A stretch of DNA of 55,291 nt, filler included, from Bipalium vagum (taxonomy: Eukaryota), in assembly GCA_037834085.1 (NCBI GenBank). It is 3 parts of 3 records of this genome, joined end to end, with 100 filler letters (N's around TTAATTAATTAA, not from the genome) between each part and the next. Parts side by side here need not be neighbours in the genome. Positions count along the whole stretch, not along the records: positions 17,021 to 36,153 come from JBBMKC010009537.1; positions 36,254 to 55,291 come from JBBMKC010012958.1; 1 more part is not named here. One strand, given 5' to 3'. How positions within the stretch are numbered: the stretch's first letter is position 1; each line of letters starts with the position of its first letter. A model generated the notes under the pieces. It was not told where the DNA came from, ran no database searches, and saw nothing but the letters and a program-made list of their open reading frames with translations. The position numbers were made by a program, and so were the translations under genes. Shown here piece after piece: positions 27,601 through 38,274 of this stretch.

Positions 27601-30600
27601 TCAGCGAAGACAAAAGGGGGTGGTGGATTGATGTACTTTGCATCACTTTTCCTAATGGCCTAATTTTACTTCGTGAGTTAGTAGGTATTCAGAAAGGTGA
27701 GGAATACAAAGTAACATTCAATACCTTAATTGTGCCATCAATTCGTTTGAATATGGGGAATCCAGCAAACTTGGTGCAAGATAATTGGTGCATAAGAATG
27801 TTATCAGACCAACGATAGCCTTCGACTTCACCAGACAAAAAACATAGTGGAAGTGATTTTGTTTATGCTGAGAAGCAGCCGAAAAACCTATTTGAACTGC
27901 AACAGAAAATCAATCTATAATTGAGTCAATGTCTAATTGTATTGCGACAGTCATTAAATCTAAAGGACAGATCACAAAATAATAAATTTTTTTATAATGT
28001 TCATTCATGATAAATGTTGTACGTAATATATACATTTTTTGGAATTAATACGTCTTTTCAAATGTACAATAGGAATTTAAATTTTTTTGAAGGTGGGCTC
28101 ACACTTTTGACGGGGACTGTAACTATCTTTTGTATAAAAACTTGGTCAAATTTTCTATTCTATATTTAATACGATTAATAAGTTGGTCAGTATTTTTAGC
28201 TTCCAAATTTTATCTTTACACATTTCTTTTCAGCGATGTGTCTGAAAACATCGCTTTTCAAAATCCTCGAAAATCTTTGATAGTGAGTGTGAGATTTATG
28301 GAATGTTAGTAGAATTGTCTGTTTTAAAACAAAATTTATATCGTTTTTCTTTAAGAAATCAAGTATTGTTTCTGATTAATGTGAACTGACCAAGTCATGT
28401 CAAAATATGAATTCATTTTTTTAATTATTCCTGATATATGAAAATAAATGACGCTTGATAGAATCATTTTTATAGATTTCTGATTTTCGAATTTATTACT
28501 GATCTTCATGTTCATCAAGACCATTAAATTTTATTCAAATTTTGATTTTCGTAGAAATTTTAAACTAACTCGAACAAGTATCCGATTTAAATTGTAATAC
28601 TGTTAAATATATTTAAAATAAGACAGCCAATTTTTGACAGCATATCATTTATTTATTCAATTTTATATTTTTCAAAAGATATTTCATTTACTCATTACAG
28701 TTTCACACATTACTATTATTTCAGCATAATCTTTGTCATGCAGTTCGTGGAGCATTTGAATCTTGTATGGATAACGTTGAAGTTCTTTTTCTGAATTATT
28801 CTAACTTTGATTTTTGGTATTCCTCGCCCAATACTAGTATTTACGCTACTATCACGAGAAAATCTTGATTGAGCATTACTAATATGATTCTGCTTTCTTC
28901 ATCCGTTAAATGTTCAAACATGGTTATATTTAAAATATTAACCGTAAACTTGAATATTATTCCAAAAATTAAAATTATTTATTTTAAAAATTTTCATACT
29001 TTGAGAAATTTTGATATAGTTTATTTTTAAAATATTTCTTTTTAATTACTTTAACTGTTGGAGAATAAGTTCTAAATTTTAGTTAATAATTAAAGTATAG
29101 CTGTCTTTAAACTCGATTCAAAAATTTGTTAACTTATGACTGGGCTAAATTGCTAATCTTAACTTTATCAAATAAAAAATACACGAATATTCATTAATAT
29201 CTACTAAAATTGATAGTCTTAATTCTTAATATTCAAAATATATATTATGAAATCTCATCTAATTAAACTTTTTGTTAAAAAATACTGAAAATACAAAATA
29301 TATGTTTGTTAACTTACTTTTGAGAGCAACTGTATATATTAGGAGTACCCATATGTAATCAATTATTTAAGTGGCAAAACAAAAAAAGAATTTAAATACA
29401 TTTATTTTTAATCGTTTTGATAATTTCCATTGTTGTCTAGGACCTTTTGTCATCTTGTTGGTAGAGTTTCAATTCCCCAGCCATAAAATTCTGTATCCTT
29501 TGAAGAGAAATATGATTTTAGGTGAGTTCGAACATCATCGGCATTTTGGAAATTTTGATTCTTCAGGGAATGTTCCATGGACCGGAATAAATGAAAATCC
29601 TGGAGAATATGGGAGATGGGATAAAACTTCCCAGTCTATCTGCCTTATTTTTCTTGGATTAATTTTGCTGCATGAGGTCTTGCATTATTATGTTGCAATA
29701 TTACCCCTTTTCTGTTAACCAAACCTAGTCGTTTTACGAACAATTGGTTTCGTAATCTATTCAATTGTTGGCAATATAATTCAGCCGTAACTGTTTCTCC
29801 TGATTTCAATTGTTCAAAATGAATTATGCCACCACAGTCCCACCAAAAGCATAATAATAACTTTAGAGTGATGCATGGTTTCGGAATGGGTACGCTAGAT
29901 GATTTGGAGAAATTCATTGCTTGGTGCACTTGTTGTTGTACAAAATCCATTTCTCGTCACTAGTAACAATCCTTCTTAAAAACGGATCATTTCTTTGTCT
30001 GCACAAAAGAGATGTGCAAATTGTACGCCGTTGATCTTTATTCATCTCCGACAATAGATGTAGGACTCATATAACCTATCTGTAAACCTTCCCGATTTCT
30101 TTAAGATGTCTTTGAACTGTTGACAAAGTAGCTTGAAGAGTTTTTGCTATTTCCTGGATATTCATTTTGGGATTCGTTTCCACCAGTGCTTTTAGACCGT
30201 CTTTATCAAATCCTACCAGGCATCCAGTTCGAGCGCTATCAGAGAAGCCAAAAGCACCATTTGAAAATTTTCGAAACCAATGTTGGTACACTTTGACTTT
30301 TAATACGTCTTCATACACATCACAAATCTTCTTTGCTGCGACGGTTGCATTAACACCTGATCGAAAATGAAACAGTATGCAATGACGTAAATGTTCCTCA
30401 CTTTGTTGTTTCTCTGCCATTTTATATCAGAATAATAAAAACGTTTGAATTTAATTATAATCAATATTCAAGGCCAATGATTGTAATTTAACTTAATAAA
30501 ACACTTGTTTATATATTCAGGGTTTGAGCTAAAATGAAGCAAACACTGCATAATAAAAACAATTGATTACTTATGGGTACTCCAAATATAAAACATTATT

Positions 30601-33600
30601 TAAGAATTTAATTCGTAAGATTATTATAAGATTGACAAGTTGAAAAAATTATCATTCTAGAATTTTTTTTCAGAATTTTTCAATTTCCTACGTAAAACAG
30701 AAAATAGTTTATGTGATAATCAACCTATAGTTCTGATTTATCTTACCGCACCTTGGTCGTCAAATCTCCGGTTATTGTGAGGCAAGAAATTGTGTGAAGT
30801 CTTATTGTCTGAAAGTCAAATAAAATGTTTCTGGAAACAGTTTTTAATAACGGGTTACAACTAAAAATTTGCATTAACTTACAGACTCAAGCTTCTATCA
30901 CCGAAACACAATTTAAAATTTTTGTATTATATTTGCTTTAGAACAATATTTAACAAACTATAAAATGTTAATGGTTTTCAATGAAAGGTCCATTATCAGC
31001 AACAGAATGTAGTTTTGTATTGATTGTACAGCATGCACTTTGTACGCCAGTTATATCCATTTCTTTCAAAAACTTCCTCAAACGTGTTTTTAATTGTTTG
31101 ATAGATTAGGCTTTCCAATCTTTTCTGTACACTAAACTACTCATTTCACCAAAGAAATCTTCAGTTGAACGACACTGTGGAAGAATTATTGCGTTCCTAT
31201 CTTTTGGAACAAATGGGATATTTTTTCAGAAAATTGATTGACTTCAGAAAGCTGATTACGGTATTCGCATAATGTAATGATGCTTTGTCAGACCAGAATA
31301 CATAATCATCGTTGACATGATAGATTTGAATGAATGGAATTAGAATTTTAGTCAAGCATTCCTTTTCATAAATTTCTTTGTTGATCGCCAAACCATTTGG
31401 CTTAAAATATGGTTCACACACATCTTTGCTTGAGACGACCTTTGACTCAAATTTCTTTTTAAACTTGAATTTGACTTCCGCTGCAGCAGTACTTAGATCT
31501 TTTGAGTAATAAGTGTCATTACCGGGCATTTCATTCTTATTTAAAGGGAAACAACTTTCGTCATCCAAAATATAAATTTTTTCGAGTAATTTTTGGTCAT
31601 CTAACGACATCTTTTTACTTGTAATATATCCGATTCCGTATATTCTGGTGACTTGCTCTTCTTCGTGGCTATCACACCAACCTTTTTCAATGCTTTCGAA
31701 ATATATTGTTGCAAACAACCAAAAGTTGTGGCTTCATTTGACTTATATTGTCTTTTTTTACGAACATGCGCTTCAGGAGTTTTAAACGTTAACTTGTCAT
31801 AACAGTTGGTATTCTGCCAGATCCTGGTTTAAGATTTACTGCTTGACCTTGTAAAATGTTATAGGTTGTGCTTTTTGGCACACATTCCAAGAAAAAAAGA
31901 TCCACTCTGAACTTTTTGCCAACATCAATATATTTTTCATAAAATTGTACAATTCGAATTCGAAGTACTTCTTGTTTTGACATTATTTCTGAGATTAATT
32001 TTGTTAAACAAGTCAATATTATATATTAAATCAATTAAATACATACCAGCTTATGATTGTTTTTAAACAGAATTGGATTTGGTTATATTGTAGAAATTTT
32101 ATTTGCATTCAAAATTAATGCAAATTTTTAGTTGTAACCCGTTACATTGGCATTTAATGTGTAGTGTTCTTGTTATGTCTGAAATAGTTCATGAGATGTT
32201 CGTTTCCCGAAAATATTATTATTTAGTAATTATTATCTCTTAAACAAAACAAAATTACAAAAATTAATTGTGAAGATTGGTGATTTGGTCTAAGGGAACA
32301 ATTAAATCAATAATTTTGGAATTTTTATCTTTACAATAAAAAAATTGCTCTTCAAGTTCTCTTTTTCAAATACAATAGGTAGTCGAATACAGCGAGATTT
32401 CTTTTGAGACTGCAACCATGCGTGACTTGAAAGAGGAGGACAAATTGATGTATCGCTGTGGCAGCATTTGTGTCCATCTTTTCAGCGTTGATTTTCTTTC
32501 GAGAATATGTAAAGATGATATATCGGATAGAATGATGCAGCATTTTGTGTTGAAAAAGGTACCATACATCAACACCGAAACTGGTCTATTGGACATTCCT
32601 TCAAAAGAAAATGCTATCAAATTGGAAAAATTTGTTTTCGATGTATTCCCATGTTCCAGGTAAAACTCTGTGTATTTTAATCAATTCTAATTGAAAATAT
32701 GAAAGATAATACCATAAACAAAAAAATATGAAGATAAAATTATGTATTAAGGCAAATGAATTCCTTATTTGTAACATAGAGATCCAATTACAATAGAATA
32801 AACATAAACAGAAGCAGTGTTTTAAGAATGAGAATTCATGAATTTTTTCTTCACAATGGTGCTCTGTGCCACAGAATTCAGAAGGTGAATGATTGGATTG
32901 CGATAAGAAAATGGAATATGTTAGACTTTCCTCCACAAAGCCCAGGTTTAAATTCAATAGAAAATCCATGTTTTCCATTGAAAAAAACTGTTGAAGAAAT
33001 CCCTCATGCATAATGTAGACCGATTGAAGCTACATATCTTGGAAACTTTATGTAATCAGGTTTTCAAAAGAGAGATTATTTTAATCAAGCTAGTTCCATG
33101 CGAGCAAGATTTAAGGAAGTTATCAAGGCTACAGAGGAGATTTCATCAACTATTAAAGACTAAAATAGTATTTGTTCATGTTTATTCTATTGTAATTGGA
33201 TCTCTATTTTAAATATAAGGAATTAGTTGTCCTATTACATGTTTTTATTCTACTTAATTTCTACTAAAGTATTACTAAAGTTAATTTATTTTAATTTTCA
33301 AAGTGATTGTTGTGTTCAATTTCATGTATTAGTTAATATTTTAGTTTTTTGCACATTTATTAGTTTTATTTTATTTTTCATTTTAACATTAATTCAGAAG
33401 AGAAATTTTGAATTCATTTTTGGTTTTTTTTAACCTTATTATATAAAATCAATAGATCTATTAGTTTTCTAACATTTAGGTTACCAATAGTTTAATTGAT
33501 TTTTCAGATTAATTAAATCGAAAATAAGTAAAATCCCTTACATTTTCTTTTTTGAATGATATAATTTTCTGATAATTTGTAAATCGATTTTCAGTGTCTG

Positions 33601-34079
33601 GCATAAATTTGATTAGAAATTCAAAGTGAAATTAATTTTCTCTTTTACTTAATATTTCAATTTTTTTCTTATCTCAAAATTTTTAAATAGCATTTTTATC
33701 TTTTTTATTTTTGTACGATTTCTGTTAAAGAACATTTGCGGTTTGGGAAGTAGAAAGAAATTTTGAATTTTCACCTTTAAAAAATTCTCCGGAAAGCCAA
33801 GTCGATTGTCCGCTAAGTTGCAGAGATCATCTAATCGCTTATCATAGACAGTTGATTCTAAACAATTTAGATGAGATAAATCTTAGGGAGAAAGTAGAGA
33901 AGATGACTATAGAAATATCCCCGCTTGTTTCTTACAGTGGAGAAGTAAAATAGTTTTTTATTTTTATAAAAAAATCGATAATGTGTATTTTTAAGGGATT
34001 GGAAAACGTTTCTGAACTCATTGACAAATGTGAAAGCTCTTTATTACACATTGAAGACGTCACAGTAATAAAGACGTAA
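18665..34079 (+). CDS. UAP1: UDP-N-acetylglucosamine pyrophosphorylase, 5'-partial. Exons 18665-18840, 22883-23121, 32379-32659, 33731-33944, 33996-34079 (TAA)
   Basis: Motifs YIMTS, YFGL, FFEQ, SPDGNGGLYRAL, YGVDNIL, ADPVFLG, GAKV, EAVG, VVEYSEI, KKVPYI, IKLEKFVFDVF, EFSPLKN and EISPLVSYSGEGLE, with phase-compatible GT-AG boundaries. The upstream exons (GGxGTRLG motif) are not seen between the spacer and 18665. Confidence 0.95.
21350..21800 (-). mobile_element. Merlin (ISXO2/IS1016-like) transposase remnant
   Basis: SDQWRAYN, HLTINHFVYFVDP and QTIESYLAKIK...KKGVLGDKICLYLSE*MWK match Merlin motifs. Confidence 0.75.
23457..24396 (-). mobile_element. Mariner element, irritans-like, internally deleted (940 bp)
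   Basis: TIRs cgagggtggcttgagaagtttgcgaaatg / catttcacgaacttttcaaaccacccgcg flanked by TA. Motifs ET*VHYYTPESKTQ, FHQDNARPY, DLDSSDFHMFP. Confidence 0.9.
25958..26874 (+). pseudogene. Transposase A of the composite element (Tc1-like, D-D35-E spacing in this copy)
   Basis: MAELYTEKMAQILILRDEGFSQRQIA, IIFSDECKI, VMVWSLMS, FQHDGATFH and WPGNSPDLLPIENCW; frameshifts and stops present. Confidence 0.85.
27022..27983 (+). pseudogene. Transposase B of the composite element (Tc3-like), with candidate introns 27057-27102 and 27528-27564
   Basis: KTYTEIGKILGLTKSPIQNLI (HTH), KKQGPKFKI, WENTAFVDEKRFSLDG, RRQKGGGGLM, LVQDN and PSTSPD-NIVE; stops and deletions present. Confidence 0.8.
28200..28560 (-). 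mobile_element. Strongly decayed DD37E-like transposase fragment
   Basis: FIF*HDLVSSH*SETILDFLKKNDINFV resembles FWPDLASSHY...FL...I.FV. Confidence 0.6.
28700..29332 (-). mobile_element. 5' part of another Tc1-like element
   Basis: Minus-strand terminus TA-CAGTTGCTCTCAAAAGTAAG at 29332 and an N-terminus-like reading MFEHLTDEESRIILVMLNQ. The partner TIR was not found. Confidence 0.4.
29339..30586 (-). mobile_element. Mariner (DD34D) element, full length, disrupted (1248 bp)
   Basis: TIRs ttaggagtacccatatgtaatcaatt / aattgattacttatgggtactccaaa flanked by TA. MAEKQQSEEHLRHCILFHF, RIVTSDEKWILY, LLCFWWD, ILQHNNARPH, PYSP. Confidence 0.93.
30850..32142 (-). mobile_element. DD37E (ITmD37E-like) element, full length, disrupted (1293 bp)
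   Basis: Perfect 28-bp TIR acgggttacaactaaaaatttgcattaa flanked by TA. KPGSGR, ILDDESCF, FWSDKASLHYA, PQCRSTEDFFG. Confidence 0.9.
32747..33235 (+). mobile_element. Internally deleted Tc1-like element with long (about 75 bp) TIRs
   Basis: Inverted repeat with exact core atagagatccaattacaatagaataaacat at both ends, enclosing FLHNGALCH...FPPQSPGLNSIEN. Confidence 0.8.
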
Positions 34080-35203
34080 ATGGTACTTGTTATTCTTATT
34101 AATGCTGTTCTTTCTTTGGAGTGAGACAATTACGGGTGTCCTGTGATACTAATTATTAATTTCTTTGAAAAATATATCTCGCAGGCCTTTTATTTTTATT
34201 CTTTTAAATACTTCTCAGGGAAATTCAAGAATTTAGTGACTTGGATTTAATTTGTTATATATAAGTATTTTTTTTAATTAAATAAAATTGTAGAAAAATA
34301 TGTGGTAAAGAAAATTAGAAATATTATTGTCTTGTGTTTTTATACTATTAATAATTTTAAGCAATATAACACAAATATTAAATAATATCTAAAACCTTAC
34401 TCGTCATTTCTAAAGGATTTTGTGAGAAAAAATCAAAACTGAAGATAATTTGTTAAATGCAATAAATGAAACATCCATGGTAATAACCTCAGTAGACTGT
34501 AAAAGCTTTTACAGAGATATGCTTGAATATTTACCTATTTTAGATTAAAAGAAAACTGTATTCATCCATTTGTGCTTTACATATGTAAAATTCGAAATGT
34601 GCTGAAAAAGGGTGTAATTAAAATTTTATGACACAAATCCAATCTTAACGTTAAAAATCTGCATTTTTAAAATTTTCGGTACCCAGATATCTTGTCATAA
34701 TCACATTTTAATAATATCTGAATAAATTTGATTTTCATTTCATTTTGAAATTTTAAAAAAAATTTAGACAAACTACTAGAATAATTCTTAATGGTAAATC
34801 AAAAACTGATTTAGATAAATAGATAATTGATTATTTTTTGTGTTCCTATAGAAAAATGCTTTTCATAAAATGTTTTTACTAATTTATTTTCTTTTTCACT
34901 GAACATTTATTTATATACCTTGAAGAAAAAATTCAAAACAATTTGTAATATATTAAATGCTTGTTGGAGAAAAAAATTTAGGAAAGATAATGAAAGTATT
35001 ATATGACATATAGATTAGATTAATAAAATTTATTTTAAATAAACCAGAAGTGTTAATACATGATGAGTCGACTGAACGTTAGCACTATAATCTAAGCTCA
35101 TACTTAACTTTTTCTACTAGTGTAACAAGAGAAATAATCAATTTAAACGATAAAAAATTATCAAATCACAATTCCCTTTTAAAACAATTTTAAGTTAACC
35201 AAA

Positions 35204-35900
35204 TACAGTATAATTTGTCTAATCCGGATCGGTGGAGACCGAAAACTTTATCCGGATTAGATGAATATGCTTGAAAAATCTTGTGCAATAATATTACATC
35301 ACAATTTTTTAAAAATACTTTAATTATGCAATTATAAGTCATTATTAAACCAGATTGAAACTTATAATGATAAAAATTAAATATTTATCGAAATATTTAT
35401 CGAAATACTTAATAAACAAATACTGAATACTAATAAATGTACAGAAGAGCGAAAAAAGTAAAATAATACAAGATTAAGAATTAATATTTAATCAATTTGA
35501 AAAAAATCCGTTATTTTTGTTGTTACAAAACTTGAATCATTTCCATATTGATTTTGTTCTGTAGATTCTCTATTGCATCTACATAACTTGTACTACATCC
35601 CTCATGAGTTTAAGGAATAAATGTACCGATTTCGGTGCCTGAGTAACATAATTAAAGGAAGACACAGGAACCTCTTCAGAATCATCTAGATTATTATCAA
35701 CTTCTGGATTTTCTAGGTTATTTGGTATCATGGCATTCTGGTTTGTTAAACTGAGATATAATCGGTAATCAAGTCATCATCAAATCGAATATAATTTTCA
35801 AAAGTGATGTTAACTTTTGGTAAAAATTATCGTGTGGAGGCTTCCAAAACCTTCAAAGACTTCCAAATAACTATACAACATTTCTGTTATCCTTAGTGTG
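35204..35900 (-). mobile_element. pogo/Tigger-like remnant (3' end)
   Basis: Terminus TA-CAGTATAATTTGTCTAATCCGGA with an inverted TCCGGATTAG; minus-strand FENYIRFDDDL and TKITDFF. Confidence 0.6.
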
Positions 35901-35995
35901 ACAATAACATTATAATATGTTATATGAATAAAAAAATGTTTTATTTAATTAGTTTTGTTTTATGTTAAAAGAATTTTTCCCCAAGAGTTATATAC

Positions 35996-36153
35996 AGTCG
36001 GCGCTCAGTTATTTGAACGCTTAGTTATTTGAACTTTCAGTTATTTGAATAATTTTTTGAAAATTTTCAATTTAACTGATTTATTTGAATAAAGTTGGGT
36101 TATTTGAATTTTTCAGTTATTTGAAATTTGTTTAAATATTTGATTAAAATTTA
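35996..36153. mobile_element. pogo/Tigger-type element end with repeated subterminal motif, cut by the contig end
   Basis: TA-CAGTCGGCGCTC followed by six copies of TTATTTGAA. Confidence 0.55.
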
Positions 36154-36253
36154 NNNNNNNNNNNNNNNNNNNNNNNNNNNNNNNNNNNNNNNNNNNNTTA
36201 ATTAATTAANNNNNNNNNNNNNNNNNNNNNNNNNNNNNNNNNNNNNNNNNNNN
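36154..36253. other. Artificial contig spacer N44-TTAATTAATTAA-N44
   Basis: Same structure as 16921-17020. Confidence 0.97.
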
Positions 36254-36329
36254 GTGGTCTGTCGTTGTTTAAAGCGTCATTCACAGACTTCATCATTCAA
36301 TGCTCGACAAAGGACAGGTCGAGGTCGCA

Positions 36330-37310
36330 TAATATGACCAAATATCATCATTTTTATTAACTTTAACTTTTAAGAAATTTTTAGTTTTTCAAAATTCTTT
36401 ATGAGGTTCATTTGCTAATTGTATATTTTTTTCAGGAGGAAGAATTTTTGTTTTTTCATAGAGTTTTTCATTAGCGAGAGTCTTTGACTCTCTTGGTAAA
36501 CCTAACCCTAAAACTATCTTTCCTTTCATAATTAATTTTACTATTGCTTTTTCAAGTTCTTCTCATGGAGTTGGATTTTGAATGTTGTTCATTTCATGAA
36601 TTATTTCAACATCTGCAAGATGTCTATCTTTTAAATCTTTTGATATATATTTTACATCATATTTCATTGCGGCTTCATCAACTCGATTTTTTGGAATTGA
36701 ATCTGGTTTTGGAATTGAATCTGGTTTTGGAATTGGAGGACTATTTAATTCACCTGTTTCATTATATTTATTTATTATTTCATTATAGTTTTTTAAACGT
36801 TTATCAACATGAGTTCCAAGTCCAGTAAAATTTGGATTTGTTTAAACGTCATTCACCTGGATATTTTCCAGTTGCAAATTTATTTAAAAATTTATTATTT
36901 GTAATTTATAGTTGAATATCTCATCCTGTTTTTTAAAAAAAAGACGGAAATTTTTCTTGAATGTTTTGAATATTTAGATTTTTATTTTTAGTCGTTGATA
37001 AAATTTTTTCAATCGTTGTTTTTTTATTCATGTTATTGTTATTTTTAATCTTTGTTTTTTCAGTCGTTGGTTTATTTTTTAAGTCGTTTTTTTTATTCGT
37101 AGATATCGTTGATTTTTCGTCGTTGTCGTTGTTTTTTCGTTGAAATAATTGAATATTTTTTTCATGTATTTTTGTATGTTCATGATGAATTTTATTTTTT
37201 TTAATAGATTTATCAAAAATTTCACAATACCACTTTTAAGTGAATTTTTGTGTCTCCTTTTGACAACATTGACATTTCCGGTGTGGTAACCAGTTAATTC
37301 GTTCCTCATA
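36330..37310 (-). mobile_element. Maverick/Polinton (adintovirus-like) remnant: PLA2-like domain plus integrase N-terminus
   Basis: NFTGLGTHVDKRL...PKNRVDEAAMKYDVKY...RHLAD...IQNPTP*E...IVKLIMKGKIVLGLG, followed by QLANEPHKEF...KVKVNKNDDIWS (cf. LAEELHKP...V...DEIW). A degenerate C2H2-like WYCEIFDKSI...HHEHTKIH lies upstream. Confidence 0.75.
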
Positions 37311-38274
37311 ACAGTAGAAAATATAACACGTGAAAGTGAAAATTATTTATTCAAACAAATCAATAATAAATAACATAACTAGTTGATTTTAAATATTGAG
37401 CCAAATTTAAAAATTCTATAATCTGTTTAAATATTCAATTATGAAATAAAATATCTCTCATAGTTTGATAATTGAGTAGATTAGTTTACATATAATGTGT
37501 GATCCTGTTTTCAATAAAAATAGGTTTCAGTTTACCAATTATAAGTTTGTCGACTATTATTTTAACGGAATTCATACAAGAATTGTATTTGAAATAAGAT
37601 ATGGAATCTCACAAAACGCTTTTAGCTATTTTCATTTTATACTTAAATTCGATCATTATAGTGTAATTAAAAAATGATTTAGAGATGAAATTGATAAATA
37701 AATAAAGATAAGTTAATTAAATAGATTTACGAATTATCAAATTATAGTATAAAATTATTTTTATTTTATTGCATTAGATTATAATTAGATAAATTGTTCT
37801 GAAAATCAAAATATTTTATTCTGATTCATTGTAAACATATTTCTGATTAGTCCGTGAGAACTTAGGCAAGTTCTAAGAAAACCATATTAATTAATTAAGA
37901 CACAATATATGAACTGAATAATAAAATTATTAAATATTTGACTTAATATGAATATAATTTTATAATATAAAATTGGATAACCTGCGCATTTGATGTTCTA
38001 TTCACATATATAAATATATGTCTATCATAAAAATCATAGAACCAGAAGTTTTTAAAATATTAATTATGAAATGACTGTATTTATTATAACCTATATTATA
38101 AATTTTTCTAAATTTTAAAGAAGAATATTAAAATTAAAGTATTTAAAATTAATTAAAATATTTAAAATTAAAATCAATTATTTTATTTATCAATGTATTA
38201 TTTGAAAAATATATGCTGTTTAAATAATGAATTGTATAATGGATTTTTTAAATTTTTAATTTTTAAATTTTAAA

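Larger units (their letters stand above)
25773..28119 (+). mobile_element. Tc1-like TIR element (2347 bp) enclosing two tandem decayed transposase genes
   Basis: TIRs of about 36 bp, tagtccccgtcaaaagtctaagcccactttcaaaaa / tttttgaaggtgggctcacacttttgacggggactg, with TA on both sides. Confidence 0.9.

Noticed and set aside
36005-36126. CRISPR-like repeat array
   Set aside because: Repeats are only 9-12 nt with very short irregular spacers, the context is eukaryotic, and there are no cas genes.
36544-36828. 94-aa Leu-rich plus-strand ORF
   Set aside because: Antisense shadow of the Maverick PLA2-like frame.
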